Positions 18,777-30,123 are shown, numbered from the stretch's first letter. The stretch is DNA of 64,000 nt from Bacteroidales bacterium UBA4070 (GCA_002383485.1 DFYY01000032.1:78891-142890), one strand, 5' to 3'. Notes: generated by a model not told the origin, from the letters alone. Numbers and translations are program-made.

Positions 18777-19298
18777 CTATTCTTTTGTTTCTTCAGCTTC
18801 AGGAGCTTTTTCTTCCGCGGCAGCGGCTGCTTTAGCGGGTTTTTCCTCCACTGCGGCGGCGGTTTCAGCCACTTTTTTCCTGGGACTGCGGCGGCGGCGT
18901 GTTGTCTTGGCTTTTGCACCTTCGGCAGCCATCATGTTTTCGTTAAAGTCCACCAGCTCGATGATGCACATCTCAGCGGAATCGCCGGGGCGGCTTCCTG
19001 TCTTGAGGATGCGGGTATATCCACCGGGGCGGGGGGCAATCTTAGGAGCCACTTCCCTGAATAGTTCGGAGACAGCCTCTTTGTTTTCGAGATAACTGAA
19101 TACCACTCTGCGTGAGTGGGTTGAGTCATCCTTCGACTTTGTAATGAGGGGTTCAACGTATCTCCTGAGCGCGCGTGCCTTGGCGGTGGTGGTGGTGATA
19201 CGCTTGTGAAGAATGAGTGATGTTGCCAGGTTGGCCATCATCGCCTTCCTGTCGGCGCTCTTTCTTCCAAGGTGGTTTATAGCATTTAAATGTCGCAT
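18777..19298 (-). CDS. rplQ: 50S ribosomal protein L17 with Ala/Glu/Lys-rich C-terminal tail
   Basis: Canonical L17 N-terminal ~120 aa ([37 protein letters not shown]). It is the last gene of the alpha operon. Confidence 0.95.
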   Translation of the reverse strand: MRHLNAINHLGRKSADRKAMMANLATSLILHKRITTTTAKARALRRYVEPLITKSKDDSTHSRRVVFSYLENKEAVSELFREVAPKIAPRPGGYTRILKTGSRPGDSAEMCIIELVDFNENMMAAEGAKAKTTRRRRSPRKKVAETAAAVEEKPAKAAAAAEEKAPEAEETKE

Positions 19299-19320
19299 TT
19301 CTCTCTATCCTTACCTGTTA

Positions 19321-20313
19321 TTAATCTTTGTCGAGTTTGTATTTTGCCACATCCATCCCGAATGAGAGGTTCATTGCCTCAAGGAGCTCATCGAGTTCGG
19401 TGAGGGACTTCTTGCCGAAGTTACGGAACTTGAGGAGGTCATTCTTATTGAACTTGACAAGGTCTCCGAGTGATTCGACCTCAGCTGCCTTGAGGCAGTT
19501 GAGAGCTCTGACGGAGAGGTCAAGGTCAACCAGTTTGGTTTTGAGCAGCTGGCGCATATGGAGTATCTCCTCGTCAAACTCCTCGTTTGCCATCTTGTCT
19601 TCGTAGTCAATAGTGATTTTGTCTTCCGAGAAGAGCATGAAGTGGTATATGAGGATCTTGGCTGCCTCCTTAAGGGCGTCTTTCGGGTGAATGGATCCGT
19701 CTGTGGTGATCTCGAGGATCAGTTTCTCATAGTCGGTCTTCTGTTCAACCCTGTAGTTTTCAATTGAATATTTTACGTTTCTTATCGGGGTGAAGATCGA
19801 GTCAATGGCGATCAGTCCGAATTCTGCCTCTGCGGGCTGGTTTTCCTCGGCTGTCACATATCCCCTGCCCTTGCTGATGTTGATTTCGATCTGCAGTTTG
19901 ACATCCGGTTCCATGCGGCAGATGACGAGTTCGGGGTTCAGTACCTCGAAGCTGCTGAGGGAGTTGTTGAGATCACCGGCCTTAAAGACTTCCTGTCCGG
20001 AGATTTTAACCATAATCTTTTCGGTATCGACATCCTCGACCATACGTCTGAAGCGTATCTGCTTAAGGTTAAGTATGATTTCGGTAACGTCTTCCATCAC
20101 GCCGGTGATGGTTGAGAATTCATGGTCTACGCCCTCTAATTTGATTGTAGTGATGGCGAATCCTTCCAGTGAAGAGAGGAGTATTCTCCTGAGGGCATTA
20201 CCCACGGTGATGCCATAACCGGGTTCAAGCGGGCGGAATTCAAATTTTCCGTACTGGTCGTCCGCTTCCAGTAATATTACTTTATCAGGTTTCTGGAATG
20301 CTAATATGGCCAT
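19321..20313 (-). CDS. rpoA: DNA-directed RNA polymerase subunit alpha
   Basis: NTD ([20 protein letters not shown]) and CTD ([22 protein letters not shown]). Located between rpsD and rplQ. Confidence 0.97.
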   Translation of the reverse strand: MAILAFQKPDKVILLEADDQYGKFEFRPLEPGYGITVGNALRRILLSSLEGFAITTIKLEGVDHEFSTITGVMEDVTEIILNLKQIRFRRMVEDVDTEKIMVKISGQEVFKAGDLNNSLSSFEVLNPELVICRMEPDVKLQIEINISKGRGYVTAEENQPAEAEFGLIAIDSIFTPIRNVKYSIENYRVEQKTDYEKLILEITTDGSIHPKDALKEAAKILIYHFMLFSEDKITIDYEDKMANEEFDEEILHMRQLLKTKLVDLDLSVRALNCLKAAEVESLGDLVKFNKNDLLKFRNFGKKSLTELDELLEAMNLSFGMDVAKYKLDKD

Positions 20314-20331
20314 ATGAATATTATTACTTTA

Positions 20332-20940
20332 TTACTTCGAGTATAGTTCAACGATAAGCTGCTCCCTGACATCCTCCGGTATTTCGGAACGTTCGGGAAC
20401 ACTCATGTATTTTCCGGCCATCTGAGTGTCATCCCACTCGAGCCATGCCAGTTTTGAGCGGCGGTTTGCGCCGAGGCAGTTGATGATGGTTTCGAGTGAC
20501 TTTGACTTTTCGCGTACCCCGATGATGTCACCAGGGCGCAGCTGGAATGAGGAGATGTTAACGACATCGCCGTTAACCGTTATATGACGGTGTGATACCA
20601 GCTGGCGTGCAGCAGCCCTTGTGGGGGCTATGCCGAGGCGGTATACCACGTTGTCAAGGCGCGACTCCAGAAGCTGGAGGAGTACCAGGCCGGTCACTCC
20701 GGAGGCAGAGGCTGCCTTCTCGAAGGTATTGCGGAACTGGCGCTCAAGCAGGCCATAGGTGTATTTCACCTTCTGCTTTTCGCGAAGCTGCACACCGTAT
20801 TCCGATGTCTTTTTTCTCTTTTTGGTCAGACCGTGCTGGCCGGGAGGAAAATTCTTCCTGTCGAGGTATTTGTCAGGGCCGAAAATAGGCTCTCCGAATT
20901 TCCTGGCGATTCTTGATCTGGGTCCTGTATATCTTGCCAT
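20332..20940 (-). CDS. rpsD: 30S ribosomal protein S4
   Basis: [20 protein letters not shown]..., an S4 domain, and conserved operon position. Confidence 0.97.
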   Translation of the reverse strand: MARYTGPRSRIARKFGEPIFGPDKYLDRKNFPPGQHGLTKKRKKTSEYGVQLREKQKVKYTYGLLERQFRNTFEKAASASGVTGLVLLQLLESRLDNVVYRLGIAPTRAAARQLVSHRHITVNGDVVNISSFQLRPGDIIGVREKSKSLETIINCLGANRRSKLAWLEWDDTQMAGKYMSVPERSEIPEDVREQLIVELYSK

Positions 20941-20984
20941 TGAATGTAATGTTTATCGTTTTGTGTAATATTGTTGTGAGCCTT

Positions 20985-21374
20985 TTATACCCTTCTGCGT
21001 GACGGCGGACGGCATCCGTTGTGAGGCATCGGGGTGACGTCAATGATCTCGGTCACTTCCACGCCGCTGTTTGAAATGGCACGGATGGCTGATTCACGGC
21101 CTGATCCGGGTCCCTTGACATATACCTTTACCTTGCGGAGACCAAGTTCGTAGGCCACTTTGGTGCACTCTTCCGAAGCCATCTGAGCGGCATAGGGGGT
21201 ATTTTTCTTTGAACCCTTGAAACCCATCTTGCCTGCAGATGCCCAGGATATTACCTGCCCGGAGCTGTTTGTGAGGCTTATGATTATATTATTGAATGAT
21301 GAATGAACGTGAGCCTGTCCCACGGGTTCAACCTTTACGACCTTCTTCTTTAATGTCCCAGTCTTCTTTGCCAT
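20985..21374 (-). CDS. rpsK: 30S ribosomal protein S11
   Basis: Canonical S11 sequence ([15 protein letters not shown]...[16 protein letters not shown]). Confidence 0.97.
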   Translation of the reverse strand: MAKKTGTLKKKVVKVEPVGQAHVHSSFNNIIISLTNSSGQVISWASAGKMGFKGSKKNTPYAAQMASEECTKVAYELGLRKVKVYVKGPGSGRESAIRAISNSGVEVTEIIDVTPMPHNGCRPPSRRRV

Positions 21375-21381
21375 ATATTAC

Positions 21382-21759
21382 TTATTTAGTAGCTTTTTTC
21401 TTGTTTGCCACAGTCTTCTTGCGTCCCTTCCGGGTACGGGCATTGTTCTTCGTACTCTGGCCCCTTACAGGCAGCCCGATACGGTGACGGATACCGCGGT
21501 AGCAACCGATGTCCATCAGCCGCTTGATGTTAAGCTGGGTCTCGGAACGAAGTTCACCCTCAAGCTTGTAATTCTCGGAAAGAATCTGACGGATAGCATT
21601 GATGTTATCGTCATTCCATTCCTCTACCTTCATGTGGCGGTCAACGCCGGCCCTGTCAAGCACTTTCTGTGCAGTGCTTCGCCCAACACCATAGATATAA
21701 GTGAGAGCCACTTCGCCCTGCTTATTCCTTGGTAGGTCTACCCCATTAATACGTGCCAT
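21382..21759 (-). CDS. rpsM: 30S ribosomal protein S13
   Basis: [26 protein letters not shown]..., canonical S13. Confidence 0.97.
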   Translation of the reverse strand: MARINGVDLPRNKQGEVALTYIYGVGRSTAQKVLDRAGVDRHMKVEEWNDDNINAIRQILSENYKLEGELRSETQLNIKRLMDIGCYRGIRHRIGLPVRGQSTKNNARTRKGRKKTVANKKKATK

Positions 21760-21796
21760 ATACCTCTTTAAATTTGAAGTGCAAAGTTAATCAAAT

Positions 21797-21913
21797 TTAT
21801 CCCTGTCTCTGCTTGAACTTGGGATTTTTCTTATTTATCACATACAGACGCCCGTTACGCCTGACAATCTTGCAGTCGGCTGAGCGCTTTTTTATTGATG
21901 CTCTTACTTTCAT
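21797..21913 (-). CDS. rpmJ: 50S ribosomal protein L36 (not in ORF track; too short)
   Basis: My translation of the minus strand gives [38 protein letters not shown] then a stop. Located between infA and rpsM as expected. Confidence 0.93.
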   Translation of the reverse strand: MKVRASIKKRSADCKIVRRNGRLYVINKKNPKFKQRQG

Positions 21914-21927
21914 CGCGGTGCTATTTT

Positions 21928-22146
21928 CTATTTAAACCTGAACGTTATTCTTCCTTTGGTAAGGTCATAAGGCGACATTTCAACCTTCACCTTGTCACCG
22001 GGGAGGATTTTGATATAATGCATCCTCATTTTGCCGGAGATATGGGCGGTGATGATATGTCCGTTTTCGAGCCTGACCCTGAACATCGCGTTGGAAAGCG
22101 CCTCGATGATCGTTCCGTCAATCTCTATTGATGGTTGTTTGGCCAT
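21928..22146 (-). CDS. infA: Translation initiation factor IF-1
   Basis: 72-aa S1-fold protein: [61 protein letters not shown]. Confidence 0.97.
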   Translation of the reverse strand: MAKQPSIEIDGTIIEALSNAMFRVRLENGHIITAHISGKMRMHYIKILPGDKVKVEMSPYDLTKGRITFRFK

Positions 22147-22150
22147 ATAC

Positions 22151-22930
22151 TTACCTCTTTTTTAATACCTCTTCTATAAACTCATATGTTGTGAGCAGGT
22201 CGGCACTGCCTTCCCTGACCGCAACAGCGTATTCAAAATGTGCCGACGGTTTGCCGTCACCTGTCCTGACTGTCCAGCCATCACCCTGTACCCGTGTGTT
22301 TTTGGTTCCCATATTGATCATCGGTTCTATGCAGATGACCAGGTTCCTTTCAAGTCTTGTACCGGAGCCGCGTCGTCCGAAATTGGGGACTTCGGGGCCC
22401 TCGTGAAGGTGTTTCCCGATACCGTGTCCCACCAGTGTGCGTACCACGGAGTAACCTCCGCTCTCTGCCTTTGACTGAACAGCACAGGAGATATCGCCTA
22501 TGCGGTTACCCGCTACTGCCTCCCTTACACCGGCTTCAAGTGACGCCCTTGTATATTCCATGAGGCGAATGATTTCAGGCTTTACCTCGCCTACGGCGAA
22601 GGTATAGGCGCTGTCACCATACCATCCGTTCAGAATCACCCCGCAATCGACCGATATTATATCGCCCTCCTTTAGTTCATATCCTGAAGGAATCCCGTGG
22701 ACCACTTCGTCATTGACAGATGTGCAGAGCGTATTGGGAAACCCGCCATAGCCCTTGAATGCTGGCAAAGCGCCGTGGTCACGGATAAACTCCTCGGCAA
22801 TGGCGTCAAGCCGCAGGGTTGTCACCCCCGGTCTGATATGCCCGGCTACTTCCGCAAGTGTCTTCGAGACCAGCTGATTGCTCTCTCTCAGAAACTCTAC
22901 TTCTGCATTCGTCTTAATATAGATCATCAA
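22151..22930 (-). CDS. map: Type I methionine aminopeptidase
   Basis: Pita-bread fold blocks: [40 protein letters not shown]. Confidence 0.95.
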   Translation of the reverse strand: MMIYIKTNAEVEFLRESNQLVSKTLAEVAGHIRPGVTTLRLDAIAEEFIRDHGALPAFKGYGGFPNTLCTSVNDEVVHGIPSGYELKEGDIISVDCGVILNGWYGDSAYTFAVGEVKPEIIRLMEYTRASLEAGVREAVAGNRIGDISCAVQSKAESGGYSVVRTLVGHGIGKHLHEGPEVPNFGRRGSGTRLERNLVICIEPMINMGTKNTRVQGDGWTVRTGDGKPSAHFEYAVAVREGSADLLTTYEFIEEVLKKR

Positions 22931-22944
22931 AGAACGTCAATCAA

Positions 22945-24273
22945 TTAAATAGCCGTCACGGCTCCGGTCCTGCCCTTCACCCGGCCTGACTTCATGAGGC
23001 CGTCATAGTGGCGCATTAGCAGATGGCTTTCGATCTGCTGGAGAGTGTCAAGCACAACGCCCACAAGAATCAGGAGCGAGGTGCCACCGAAGAACTGTGC
23101 AAACTCACCGCTGACGCCAAAATTGACGGCAAAGGCGGGGAGTATGGCTATAATGGCAAGAAATATTGAACCCGGAAGGGTAATCCTGGACATGATCGTA
23201 TCAAGGAACTCGACCGTCTTGCGCCCGGGTTTGATGCCCGGGATGAAGCCGCCGTTCTTCTTCATGTCTTCAGCCATCTGTACCGGGTTGATTGTCACCG
23301 CAGTATAGAAGTAAGTGAAGAGGACGATAAGGATGGCGGTTACCAGGTTATACCAGAATCCGTACATGTTGGTGAATGCCATCACAAATCCGGAGCCTGA
23401 TTCATTGAATCCTGCCAGGATGATAGGCAGCATCATAATCGCCTGCGCGAAGATGATTGGCATAACGCCTGCTGCATTCACCTTGAGAGGTATATACTGT
23501 CTTACGCCGCCATACTGTTTGTTACCGACGATTCGCCTCGCGTACTGCACCGGGATTCGCCGGGTGCCCTGTACGAGCAGGACTGAGCCAAGTATCACGG
23601 CGAATAGGAACACTATCTCAATCAGGAGTGCGACGAGGCCGCCTGAGCCGTTGATACGTGTTCCGGCTTCAAATATGAATGAGACCGGGAAGCGGGCCAG
23701 GATACCAACCATGATAATGAGTGATATGCCGTTTCCTATTCCCTTGTCTGTTATCTTCTCACCGAGCCACATCACGAAGATGGTTCCGGCAGTAAGGATG
23801 ATCACCGAAGAGATCTGGAAGAACCAGCCCTGGGTCACGAATGCCTCAGGAGGCAGTATTGAATGAAGGTTGGCAAGGTATGTGGGTGCCTGCAATATAA
23901 GAATAGCCACTGTCAGGTACCTTGTATACTGGTTCATCTTGCGCCTGCCGCTCTCACCCTCCTTCTGAAGCTTCTGGAAGTAGGGAAAGACTATGCCGAG
24001 CAGCTGTATAACAATTGATGCCGAGATATATGGCATGATACCGAGGGCAAAGATGGATGCCTGCGAGAATGCACCGCCGGAGAACATGTCAAGAAGACCC
24101 ATTATACCTGAAGAGGTCTGGCTTCTCAGGTTTTCAAGCATTGAAGGATCGACGCCGGGAAGCGTGATATATTTACCCAGACGGTAGAGTGCAACGATGG
24201 CAAGAGTGTAGATGATCCTGGCTCTCAGATCCTCAATCTTGAATATGTTCTTTATTGTCTGAAAGAATTTCAT
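22945..24273 (-). CDS. secY: Preprotein translocase subunit SecY
   Basis: Ten-TM protein with canonical SecY blocks (GIMPYISASIVIQLL, GISLIIMVGI). Located after rplO. Confidence 0.97.
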   Translation of the reverse strand: MKFFQTIKNIFKIEDLRARIIYTLAIVALYRLGKYITLPGVDPSMLENLRSQTSSGIMGLLDMFSGGAFSQASIFALGIMPYISASIVIQLLGIVFPYFQKLQKEGESGRRKMNQYTRYLTVAILILQAPTYLANLHSILPPEAFVTQGWFFQISSVIILTAGTIFVMWLGEKITDKGIGNGISLIIMVGILARFPVSFIFEAGTRINGSGGLVALLIEIVFLFAVILGSVLLVQGTRRIPVQYARRIVGNKQYGGVRQYIPLKVNAAGVMPIIFAQAIMMLPIILAGFNESGSGFVMAFTNMYGFWYNLVTAILIVLFTYFYTAVTINPVQMAEDMKKNGGFIPGIKPGRKTVEFLDTIMSRITLPGSIFLAIIAILPAFAVNFGVSGEFAQFFGGTSLLILVGVVLDTLQQIESHLLMRHYDGLMKSGRVKGRTGAVTAI

Positions 24274-24276
24274 GCC

Positions 24277-24723
24277 TTACAGTTTAACTGCGGTTCCCTG
24301 ATTTGCTTCGATTGCTGCCTGCGCCGACTTGCTGAAAGCGTGGGCATGAACCTCAAGCTTTCTTGTAAGCGTCCCTTTGCCGAGTATCTTGACCAGTGCG
24401 TTCTTGTTCACAAGACCTGCCGTAAGCAGTGTCTGGAAGTCAATGCGGTCAGTATCGAGCTTAGCTGCGAGGGCTTCGATAGTGCTCAGGTTGATAGCCT
24501 TGAACTCCACACGGTTGATATTTTTGAATCCCGATTTCGGTACCCTTCTCTGGAGTGGCATCTGGCCGCCTTCAAAGCCTATCTTCCTGCTGTAGCCTGA
24601 GCGTGACTTGGCGCCCTTGTGGCCGCGGGTGGATGTGCCGCCATGGCCTGATCCCTCACCTCGTCCGATGCGCTTTTCTCTCTTGACCGAACCGGGGGCC
24701 GGTTTCAAATTGCTTAAATCCAT
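24277..24723 (-). CDS. rplO: 50S ribosomal protein L15
   Basis: MDLSNLKPAPGSVKREKRIGRGEGSGHGGTSTRGHKG..., canonical L15. Confidence 0.97.
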   Translation of the reverse strand: MDLSNLKPAPGSVKREKRIGRGEGSGHGGTSTRGHKGAKSRSGYSRKIGFEGGQMPLQRRVPKSGFKNINRVEFKAINLSTIEALAAKLDTDRIDFQTLLTAGLVNKNALVKILGKGTLTRKLEVHAHAFSKSAQAAIEANQGTAVKL

Positions 24724-24751
24724 TGTTGAAATATATAATGCTGTTAATACC

Positions 24752-24931
24752 TTAGAGTTTCTCTACCTTGACCAGGTGCTTCAGCTTGTTGACCATACCC
24801 ATAATCTGGGGCGTATCATCGTGCTCAACAGTCTGGTGCATCTTTCTTATACCGAGTGACGCGAGGATTTTCTTCTGTGACTCGGGCTGGCCTATCTTGC
24901 TCTTTATCTGGGTTACCTTGATTCTTGCCAT
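24752..24931 (-). CDS. rpmD: 50S ribosomal protein L30 (not in ORF track; 59 aa)
   Basis: My translation gives MARIKVTQIKSKIGQPESQKKILASLGIRKMHQTVEHDDTPQIMGMVNKLKHLVKVEKL then a stop. Located between rpsE and rplO. Confidence 0.93.
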   Translation of the reverse strand: MARIKVTQIKSKIGQPESQKKILASLGIRKMHQTVEHDDTPQIMGMVNKLKHLVKVEKL

Positions 24932-24946
24932 GATGTCTGAATATTA

Positions 24947-25462
24947 CTAACCGTTAAACACTTTTTCCAGGGTAACGCCTCTGTGGTCTGCCACTGTGCT
25001 GGCATCACGCAGTTCAAGCAGAGCGGCTATGGTTGCCTTTACCAGGTTGTGGGGGTTTGAGGAACCCTTTGACTTGGCAAGCACGTTCTTCACGCCAACG
25101 CTCTCGAGCACGGCACGCATTGCACCTCCGGCCTTGATACCGGTACCTTCTGTTGCAGGTTTGATGAAGACATAGGCGCCTCCAAACTTGCCGTACTGCT
25201 CATGAGGTATGGTAGCCTTGTGCACCGGTACCTTGATGAGGTTTTTCTTGGCGTCCTCGATGCCTTTTGCTATGGCTGTAGTCACCTCACTTGCCTTACC
25301 CAGACCATGTCCGACGATCCCTTTCTCATCACCCACCACAACGATGGCTGAGAAGCTGAAGGTACGGCCACCCTTGGTTACCTTGGTTACCCGATTGATG
25401 CTTACCAGCCTGTCGGTAAGTTCAAGATCGCTGTTTTTTACTCTTTTTATTCCGTATGCCAT
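24947..25462 (-). CDS. rpsE: 30S ribosomal protein S5
   Basis: Canonical S5 ([24 protein letters not shown]...). Confidence 0.97.
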   Translation of the reverse strand: MAYGIKRVKNSDLELTDRLVSINRVTKVTKGGRTFSFSAIVVVGDEKGIVGHGLGKASEVTTAIAKGIEDAKKNLIKVPVHKATIPHEQYGKFGGAYVFIKPATEGTGIKAGGAMRAVLESVGVKNVLAKSKGSSNPHNLVKATIAALLELRDASTVADHRGVTLEKVFNG

Positions 25463-25467
25463 ACTGA

Positions 25468-25827
25468 TTAGAATTTTAAGCCGCCTTCGCGTGCTCCGTC
25501 AGCTAATGATTTTACTCTGCCATGATACTGGTACCCGCTTCTGTCAAAGACAACATTCTCGATGCCCTTCTCCTTGCACACTGCGGCAAGACGCTTTCCT
25601 ACCAGCACTGCCAGCTCGCTCTTTTTCTTCCCGGTGACGGAGGCAATCTCCTTCTCCCTTGAAGATGCGGCAGCCAGCGTCACACCGTTGACATCGTCAA
25701 CAGCCTGGGCATATATCTGTTTGTTGCTGCGGAACACCGAAATCCTCGGTTTTTCGGATGTTCCCTTGATCCGCTTGCGGATTCTCAGTTTGATCTTTTC
25801 TCTCTTTTCTGTCTTTGATAAAGCCAT
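25468..25827 (-). CDS. rplR: 50S ribosomal protein L18
   Basis: Canonical L18 ([18 protein letters not shown]...[26 protein letters not shown]). Confidence 0.97.
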   Translation of the reverse strand: MALSKTEKREKIKLRIRKRIKGTSEKPRISVFRSNKQIYAQAVDDVNGVTLAAASSREKEIASVTGKKKSELAVLVGKRLAAVCKEKGIENVVFDRSGYQYHGRVKSLADGAREGGLKF

Positions 25828-25847
25828 GACTTCCTTATTTAATCATG

Positions 25848-26402
25848 TTACACACCAGCCGATTTACCGGCTTTTCTCCTGAGCTGTTCACCCACGAACT
25901 TGATACCCTTGCCCTTGTACGGCTCAGGCGGACGCAGAGACCTGATCTTTGCTGCGACATGGCCGATGAGCTGCTTGTCAATGCTTGAGAGCATGATGAC
26001 TGGATTGCTCCTCTTTTCGGTCCTGGTTTCAACCTTGATCTCCTGCGGCAGTTCCATGATAATATCATGTGAATAACCGAGGCTCATCTCAAGACGCTGA
26101 CCGTTGGCCTCAGCGCGGTAGCCCACACCAACGAGCTCAAGATCTTTCCTGTACCCTTTTGAAACGCCTGTTACCATGTTGGCAATGAGTGCACGGTAGA
26201 GTCCGTGGAGCGACTTGAGGCGCTTCTCGTCATTAGGCCTGGAAAGAACCAGTTCATTATTTTCCACCTCCACTTTGATATCACTGTCAACCTTCTGTGA
26301 CAGGGTTCCCAGGGGGCCTTTAACACTGACCACGTTGTCGTCACTCACCGTAATGGTGACGCCGGATGGCAGGTTTACAGGTAATTTTCCTATTCGTGAC
26401 AT
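25848..26402 (-). CDS. rplF: 50S ribosomal protein L6
   Basis: MSRIGKLPVNLPSGVTITV..., canonical L6. Confidence 0.97.
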   Translation of the reverse strand: MSRIGKLPVNLPSGVTITVSDDNVVSVKGPLGTLSQKVDSDIKVEVENNELVLSRPNDEKRLKSLHGLYRALIANMVTGVSKGYRKDLELVGVGYRAEANGQRLEMSLGYSHDIIMELPQEIKVETRTEKRSNPVIMLSSIDKQLIGHVAAKIRSLRPPEPYKGKGIKFVGEQLRRKAGKSAGV

Positions 26403-26417
26403 TTAACTTCCTCCTGT

Positions 26418-26813
26418 TTAGTAAACATAACATATAACTTCACCTCCGACATTCTCCCTCGCTGCCTCCTTTTCGGTCATTACGCCGCGTGAAGTTGAGA
26501 TGATGGCAACGCCAAGGCCGTTGAGGACTCTCGGAAGCTCGTCAACGCCGGCATACCTTCTCAGTCCCGGACGGCTGACCCTCTGTATCTGCTTGATTGC
26601 AGGCAGTTTGGTTTTGGGATGGTATTTAAGGGCAATTTTTATCTTACCCTGAAGTTCATCATCAATAAACTTATAGCTGAGAATATATCCCTTGTCGTAA
26701 AGTATCCTTGTGATATCCTTGGTCAGACCGGTAGCCGGTGTCTCAACCACTTTGTGGCCGGCCATGATGGCATTCCTTACCCTGGTAAGAAAATCTGCAA
26801 TTGGATCTGTCAT
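26418..26813 (-). CDS. rpsH: 30S ribosomal protein S8
   Basis: MTDPIADFLTRVRNAIMAGHKVVE..., canonical S8. Confidence 0.97.
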   Translation of the reverse strand: MTDPIADFLTRVRNAIMAGHKVVETPATGLTKDITRILYDKGYILSYKFIDDELQGKIKIALKYHPKTKLPAIKQIQRVSRPGLRRYAGVDELPRVLNGLGVAIISTSRGVMTEKEAARENVGGEVICYVY

Positions 26814-26847
26814 CTTATATAATGATTTATTGTTTATTTCTCGGTTG

Positions 26848-27117
26848 TTACCAGCTTGCTTTTCTTACTCCCGGGATAAGCCCTTTTGAAGCCATCTCCC
26901 TGAAGGTAATCCTGCTGATGCCAAACTGTCTCATGTAGCCTCTGGGTCTGCCGGTGAGTTTACACCTGTTGCGCTGCCTGATTGGGCTTGAGTTGCGCGG
27001 CAGGGTGCTCAGGGCAACGTAATTGCCTTCGGCCTTGAACGCTGCTCTTCTGGCGGCATACTTGGTGGCAAGCTTTACGCGTTTGACTTCGCGGGCTTTC
27101 ATTGATTCCTTAGCCAT
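26848..27117 (-). CDS. rpsN: 30S ribosomal protein S14 (long, zinc-independent type)
   Basis: 89 aa ending [27 protein letters not shown]. It contains only one Cys. Confidence 0.95.
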   Translation of the reverse strand: MAKESMKAREVKRVKLATKYAARRAAFKAEGNYVALSTLPRNSSPIRQRNRCKLTGRPRGYMRQFGISRITFREMASKGLIPGVRKASW

Positions 27118-27129
27118 ATTCCGATCTGT

Positions 27130-27675
27130 TTACTTGTTTTTAAAGGGAATTCCGAATTCTTTAAGCAGGGCAAAAGCCTCCTCGTCACTCTTTGCAGTGG
27201 TGACGAATGTGATCTGCAGTCCCATGATCTTTGCGATCTTGTCAATGTCAATCTCGGGGAAGATGATCTGCTCGGTGATACCCAGGGTGTAGTTACCGCG
27301 GCCGTCAAGCCTGGCTCCCACTCCCTTGAAGTCACGTATGCGCGGCAGTGCCACCGAGATGAGCCTTTCGAGGAACTCATACATGCGGTCCCTGCGCAGG
27401 GTTACCATTACGCCGATGGGCATGGCCTTCCTCAGCTTGAAGTTGGAGATGTCCTTTTTGGAGATTGTCTGTATCGCTTTCTGTCCGGCGATATCGGAAA
27501 CTTCCTTCTGACCCATTTCAAGCAGTTTTTTGTCGGCAATAGCCTGACCAAGTCCCTGGTTGATAACGATTTTTTCCAGACGGGGCACCTGCATAACAGT
27601 ACTGTAATTGAACTGTTTCATCAGAGCAGGTGTAATCTCACTCTTGTATTTGGTCTTTAAAGCAGGCGTATACAT
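27130..27675 (-). CDS. rplE: 50S ribosomal protein L5
   Basis: Canonical L5 blocks ([13 protein letters not shown]; [21 protein letters not shown]). Confidence 0.97.
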   Translation of the reverse strand: MYTPALKTKYKSEITPALMKQFNYSTVMQVPRLEKIVINQGLGQAIADKKLLEMGQKEVSDIAGQKAIQTISKKDISNFKLRKAMPIGVMVTLRRDRMYEFLERLISVALPRIRDFKGVGARLDGRGNYTLGITEQIIFPEIDIDKIAKIMGLQITFVTTAKSDEEAFALLKEFGIPFKNK

Positions 27676-27998
27676 TACTTGATCTCCTCTCCTGATTTTT
27701 TGGCATAACGTACCAGTTTGTTCTTGTCATTCAGCTTGCGGCCGACACGTGTTGGCTTACCGCTTGCCGGGTCAATGACCATAAGGTTCGAGATGTGGAT
27801 GTGAGCCTCTTTCTTGAGGATACCGCCCTGCGGTGCCTTTGAGTTGGGTTTGGTATGCTTTGATACCATGTTTACTCCTTCTACCAGGGCCTTGTTCTTG
27901 TCCCTGTCTACCTCGAGCACACGGCCTTTCTGTCCTTTGGATTCACCGGCAATGACAGCCACTGTGTCTCCTTTTTTGATGTGTAATTTCTTCTGCAT
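27675..27998 (-). CDS. rplX: 50S ribosomal protein L24
   Basis: KOW motif ([24 protein letters not shown]). Overlaps rplE by 1 nt. Confidence 0.96.
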   Translation of the reverse strand: MQKKLHIKKGDTVAVIAGESKGQKGRVLEVDRDKNKALVEGVNMVSKHTKPNSKAPQGGILKKEAHIHISNLMVIDPASGKPTRVGRKLNDKNKLVRYAKKSGEEIK

Positions 27999-28018
27999 CG
28001 GGTGTCAGTTTATAGGTA

Positions 28019-28384
28019 TTATAACACTTCAGGTGCAAGTGAGACGATCTTCATGTACTTGTCACGCAATTCCCTTGCAACAGGGCCGAAGATACGGGTA
28101 CCGCGAACTTCATCCTGATTGTTGAGGAGCACCACGGCGTTGTCATCAAAGCGGATATATGAACCGTCAGCACGACGAATCTCCTTCTTTGTCCTGACAA
28201 CCACGGCCTTGCTTACCGTACCTTTTTTTGCTTCTCCGGAGGGGAGAGCGCTCTTAACGGAGACAACTATCTTGTCACCCACGCTCGCATACCTCTTCTT
28301 GCTTCCACCGAGCACCCTGATGCAAAGGACTTCCTTGGCACCGGTGTTATCGGCTACAGTCAACCTGCTTTCCTGCTGTATCAT
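28019..28384 (-). CDS. rplN: 50S ribosomal protein L14
   Basis: [27 protein letters not shown]..., canonical L14. Confidence 0.97.
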   Translation of the reverse strand: MIQQESRLTVADNTGAKEVLCIRVLGGSKKRYASVGDKIVVSVKSALPSGEAKKGTVSKAVVVRTKKEIRRADGSYIRFDDNAVVLLNNQDEVRGTRIFGPVARELRDKYMKIVSLAPEVL

Positions 28385-28386
28385 AA

Positions 28387-28644
28387 TTACTTAGCTCTTT
28401 CAATTATTTCCACCAATCTCCAGGCTTTATTCTTGCTGAGAGGCCTGGTCTCCATTATGCGTACCGTATCACCGATATTGCAGGCGTTCTCCTCATCGTG
28501 AGCCATTAGCTTCTTCGTTTTGTTGACGAATTTGCCATAGATCGGGTGCTTGACCTTCCTGAGGATGGCAACGACAATAGATTTGTCCATCTTGTTGCTG
28601 ACGACAACACCTGTTCGCTCTTTTCTAAGATTTCTTTCTTCCAT
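28387..28644 (-). CDS. rpsQ: 30S ribosomal protein S17
   Basis: [34 protein letters not shown]..., canonical S17. Confidence 0.97.
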   Translation of the reverse strand: MEERNLRKERTGVVVSNKMDKSIVVAILRKVKHPIYGKFVNKTKKLMAHDEENACNIGDTVRIMETRPLSKNKAWRLVEIIERAK

Positions 28645-28655
28645 GGTGATAACGA

Positions 28656-28859
28656 CTATTTTGTATTCTCTTTCATCTCTCTCTTGCGCTTCTCTGTCAT
28701 GAGCCTGGCAATTGTCCTTCTGCTTTCCTTGATCTTCTGCGGATTTTCAAGGGGGGAGATTGCGTGGTTGAGTTTCATGCGCACGAGTGCGGTCTTCTCG
28801 TTGTCAATACGTTCGAGAAGTTCCTGGTTGCTTAATTCTCTTATCTCTGAACTTTTCAT
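28656..28859 (-). CDS. rpmC: 50S ribosomal protein L29
   Basis: [33 protein letters not shown]..., canonical L29. Confidence 0.95.
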   Translation of the reverse strand: MKSSEIRELSNQELLERIDNEKTALVRMKLNHAISPLENPQKIKESRRTIARLMTEKRKREMKENTK

Positions 28860-28874
28860 CGCTCTGTTGTTTTT

Positions 28875-29294
28875 TTACTCTGCGTAATCACGGCGCACCA
28901 CGAACTTTGTTGCCACCGGCAGTTTGCCTGCTGCAAGGCGAAGTGCTTCCTTGGCCACTTCGAAGGGTACTCCTTCGGCCTCGATGAGAATACGGCCCGG
29001 GGTTACAGGGACCACGAAACCTTCGGGTGCACCTTTACCTTTACCCATACGCACCTCTGCAGGCTTCTTGGTTATCGGTTTGTCAGGAAAAACGCGGATC
29101 CAGATCTGGCCCTCACGTTTCATGTGACGGGTCACAGCCTGACGTGCAGCCTCAAGCTGACGGCCGGTTATCCATGCCTCCTCGAGGGTCTTGATGCCAA
29201 ATGATCCGAATGCCAGCTGATTGCCTCTCTGGGCATTGCCTTTCATCCTGCCCTTCTGGCTCCTCCTGAACTTGGTCTTCTTCGGTTGTAACAT
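28875..29294 (-). CDS. rplP: 50S ribosomal protein L16
   Basis: [24 protein letters not shown]..., canonical L16. Confidence 0.97.
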   Translation of the reverse strand: MLQPKKTKFRRSQKGRMKGNAQRGNQLAFGSFGIKTLEEAWITGRQLEAARQAVTRHMKREGQIWIRVFPDKPITKKPAEVRMGKGKGAPEGFVVPVTPGRILIEAEGVPFEVAKEALRLAAGKLPVATKFVVRRDYAE

Positions 29295-29331
29295 CGCTAT
29301 ATTATATTAAACAGTTATATACTTATCTCGA

Positions 29332-30120
29332 TTACCTCTTATTTCCGCGATCGCCGCCACGGTCTCCGCGGTCACCGCGGTCTGCTCTGTCACCACGGTC
29401 TCCGCGGTCACGGTCGCCCTTCTTCCTGAAACCGCCGGTGGGAGCTTTTCCGCTCCTCACATTCTTCGCACCGATGTTCGGGCTGAGATCACGCTTGCCG
29501 TAGACTTCGCCATTGCAGATCCATACCTTGATGCCAATAAGACCCACCTTTGTGAGAGCTTCGGCCAGGGCATAGTCAATGTCTGCGCGGAATGTATGGA
29601 GAGGAATCCTGCCGTCCTTGTAGCTTTCATTACGGGCCATCTCAGCCCCGCCGAGCCTGCCTGAGATAACAACCTTGATACCTTCGGCACCCATGCGCAT
29701 GGTTGAGGCAATAGCCATCTTTATTGCACGGCGGTATGATATCTTGCCTTCAACCTGGCGGGCAATATTGCCGGCAACAATTGCTGCATCAAGCTCCGGA
29801 CGCTTCACCTCAAAGATGTTTATCTGCACCTCCTTCTTGGTGATCTTCTTGAGCTCTTCCTTCAGCTTGTCAACCTCCTGACCACCTTTACCGATGATGA
29901 TGCCGGGGCGTGCAGTGTTCACGGTTACTGTAATAAGTTTGAGAGTACGCTCAATGACGATCTTTGAAAGACTTGCCTTGGCAAGCCTGGCATTCAGGTA
30001 TTCCCTGATTTTGGTGTCCTCAACAAGCTTCCCTGAGAAGTCGTTGCCACCATACCAGTTCGAGTCCCATCCCTTGATGATTCCTACTCTGTTGCCTATC
30101 GGATTAACTTTTTGTCCCAT
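29332..30120 (-). CDS. rpsC: 30S ribosomal protein S3 with Gly-Asp-Arg repeat C-terminal extension
   Basis: Canonical KH and S3-C domains ([23 protein letters not shown]...) followed by [30 protein letters not shown]. Confidence 0.97.
   Translation of the reverse strand: MGQKVNPIGNRVGIIKGWDSNWYGGNDFSGKLVEDTKIREYLNARLAKASLSKIVIERTLKLITVTVNTARPGIIIGKGGQEVDKLKEELKKITKKEVQINIFEVKRPELDAAIVAGNIARQVEGKISYRRAIKMAIASTMRMGAEGIKVVISGRLGGAEMARNESYKDGRIPLHTFRADIDYALAEALTKVGLIGIKVWICNGEVYGKRDLSPNIGAKNVRSGKAPTGGFRKKGDRDRGDRGDRADRGDRGDRGGDRGNKR
29335..29418 (-). repeat. Coding 9-nt-unit tandem repeat (GDR)n at the 3' end of rpsC
   Basis: The plus strand shows reiterated ggtctccgc / ggtcaccgc / ggtcacggt units that encode the GDR repeats. 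Confidence 0.8.
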
Positions 30121-30123
30121 TGT

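Noticed and set aside
21797-27117. Zinc-free (single-Cys) forms of L36 and S14 as a possible zinc-limitation paralogue signature
   Set aside because: These are the only copies, sitting in the main operon. I believe the Cys-less forms are the normal primary forms in this phylum, so there is no evidence of a paralogue switch.
29335-29418. Tandem repeat considered as a CRISPR or minisatellite locus
   Set aside because: The units are 9 nt with no spacers, and they are in frame inside rpsC, encoding GDR repeats. It is a coding repeat, not a CRISPR array.
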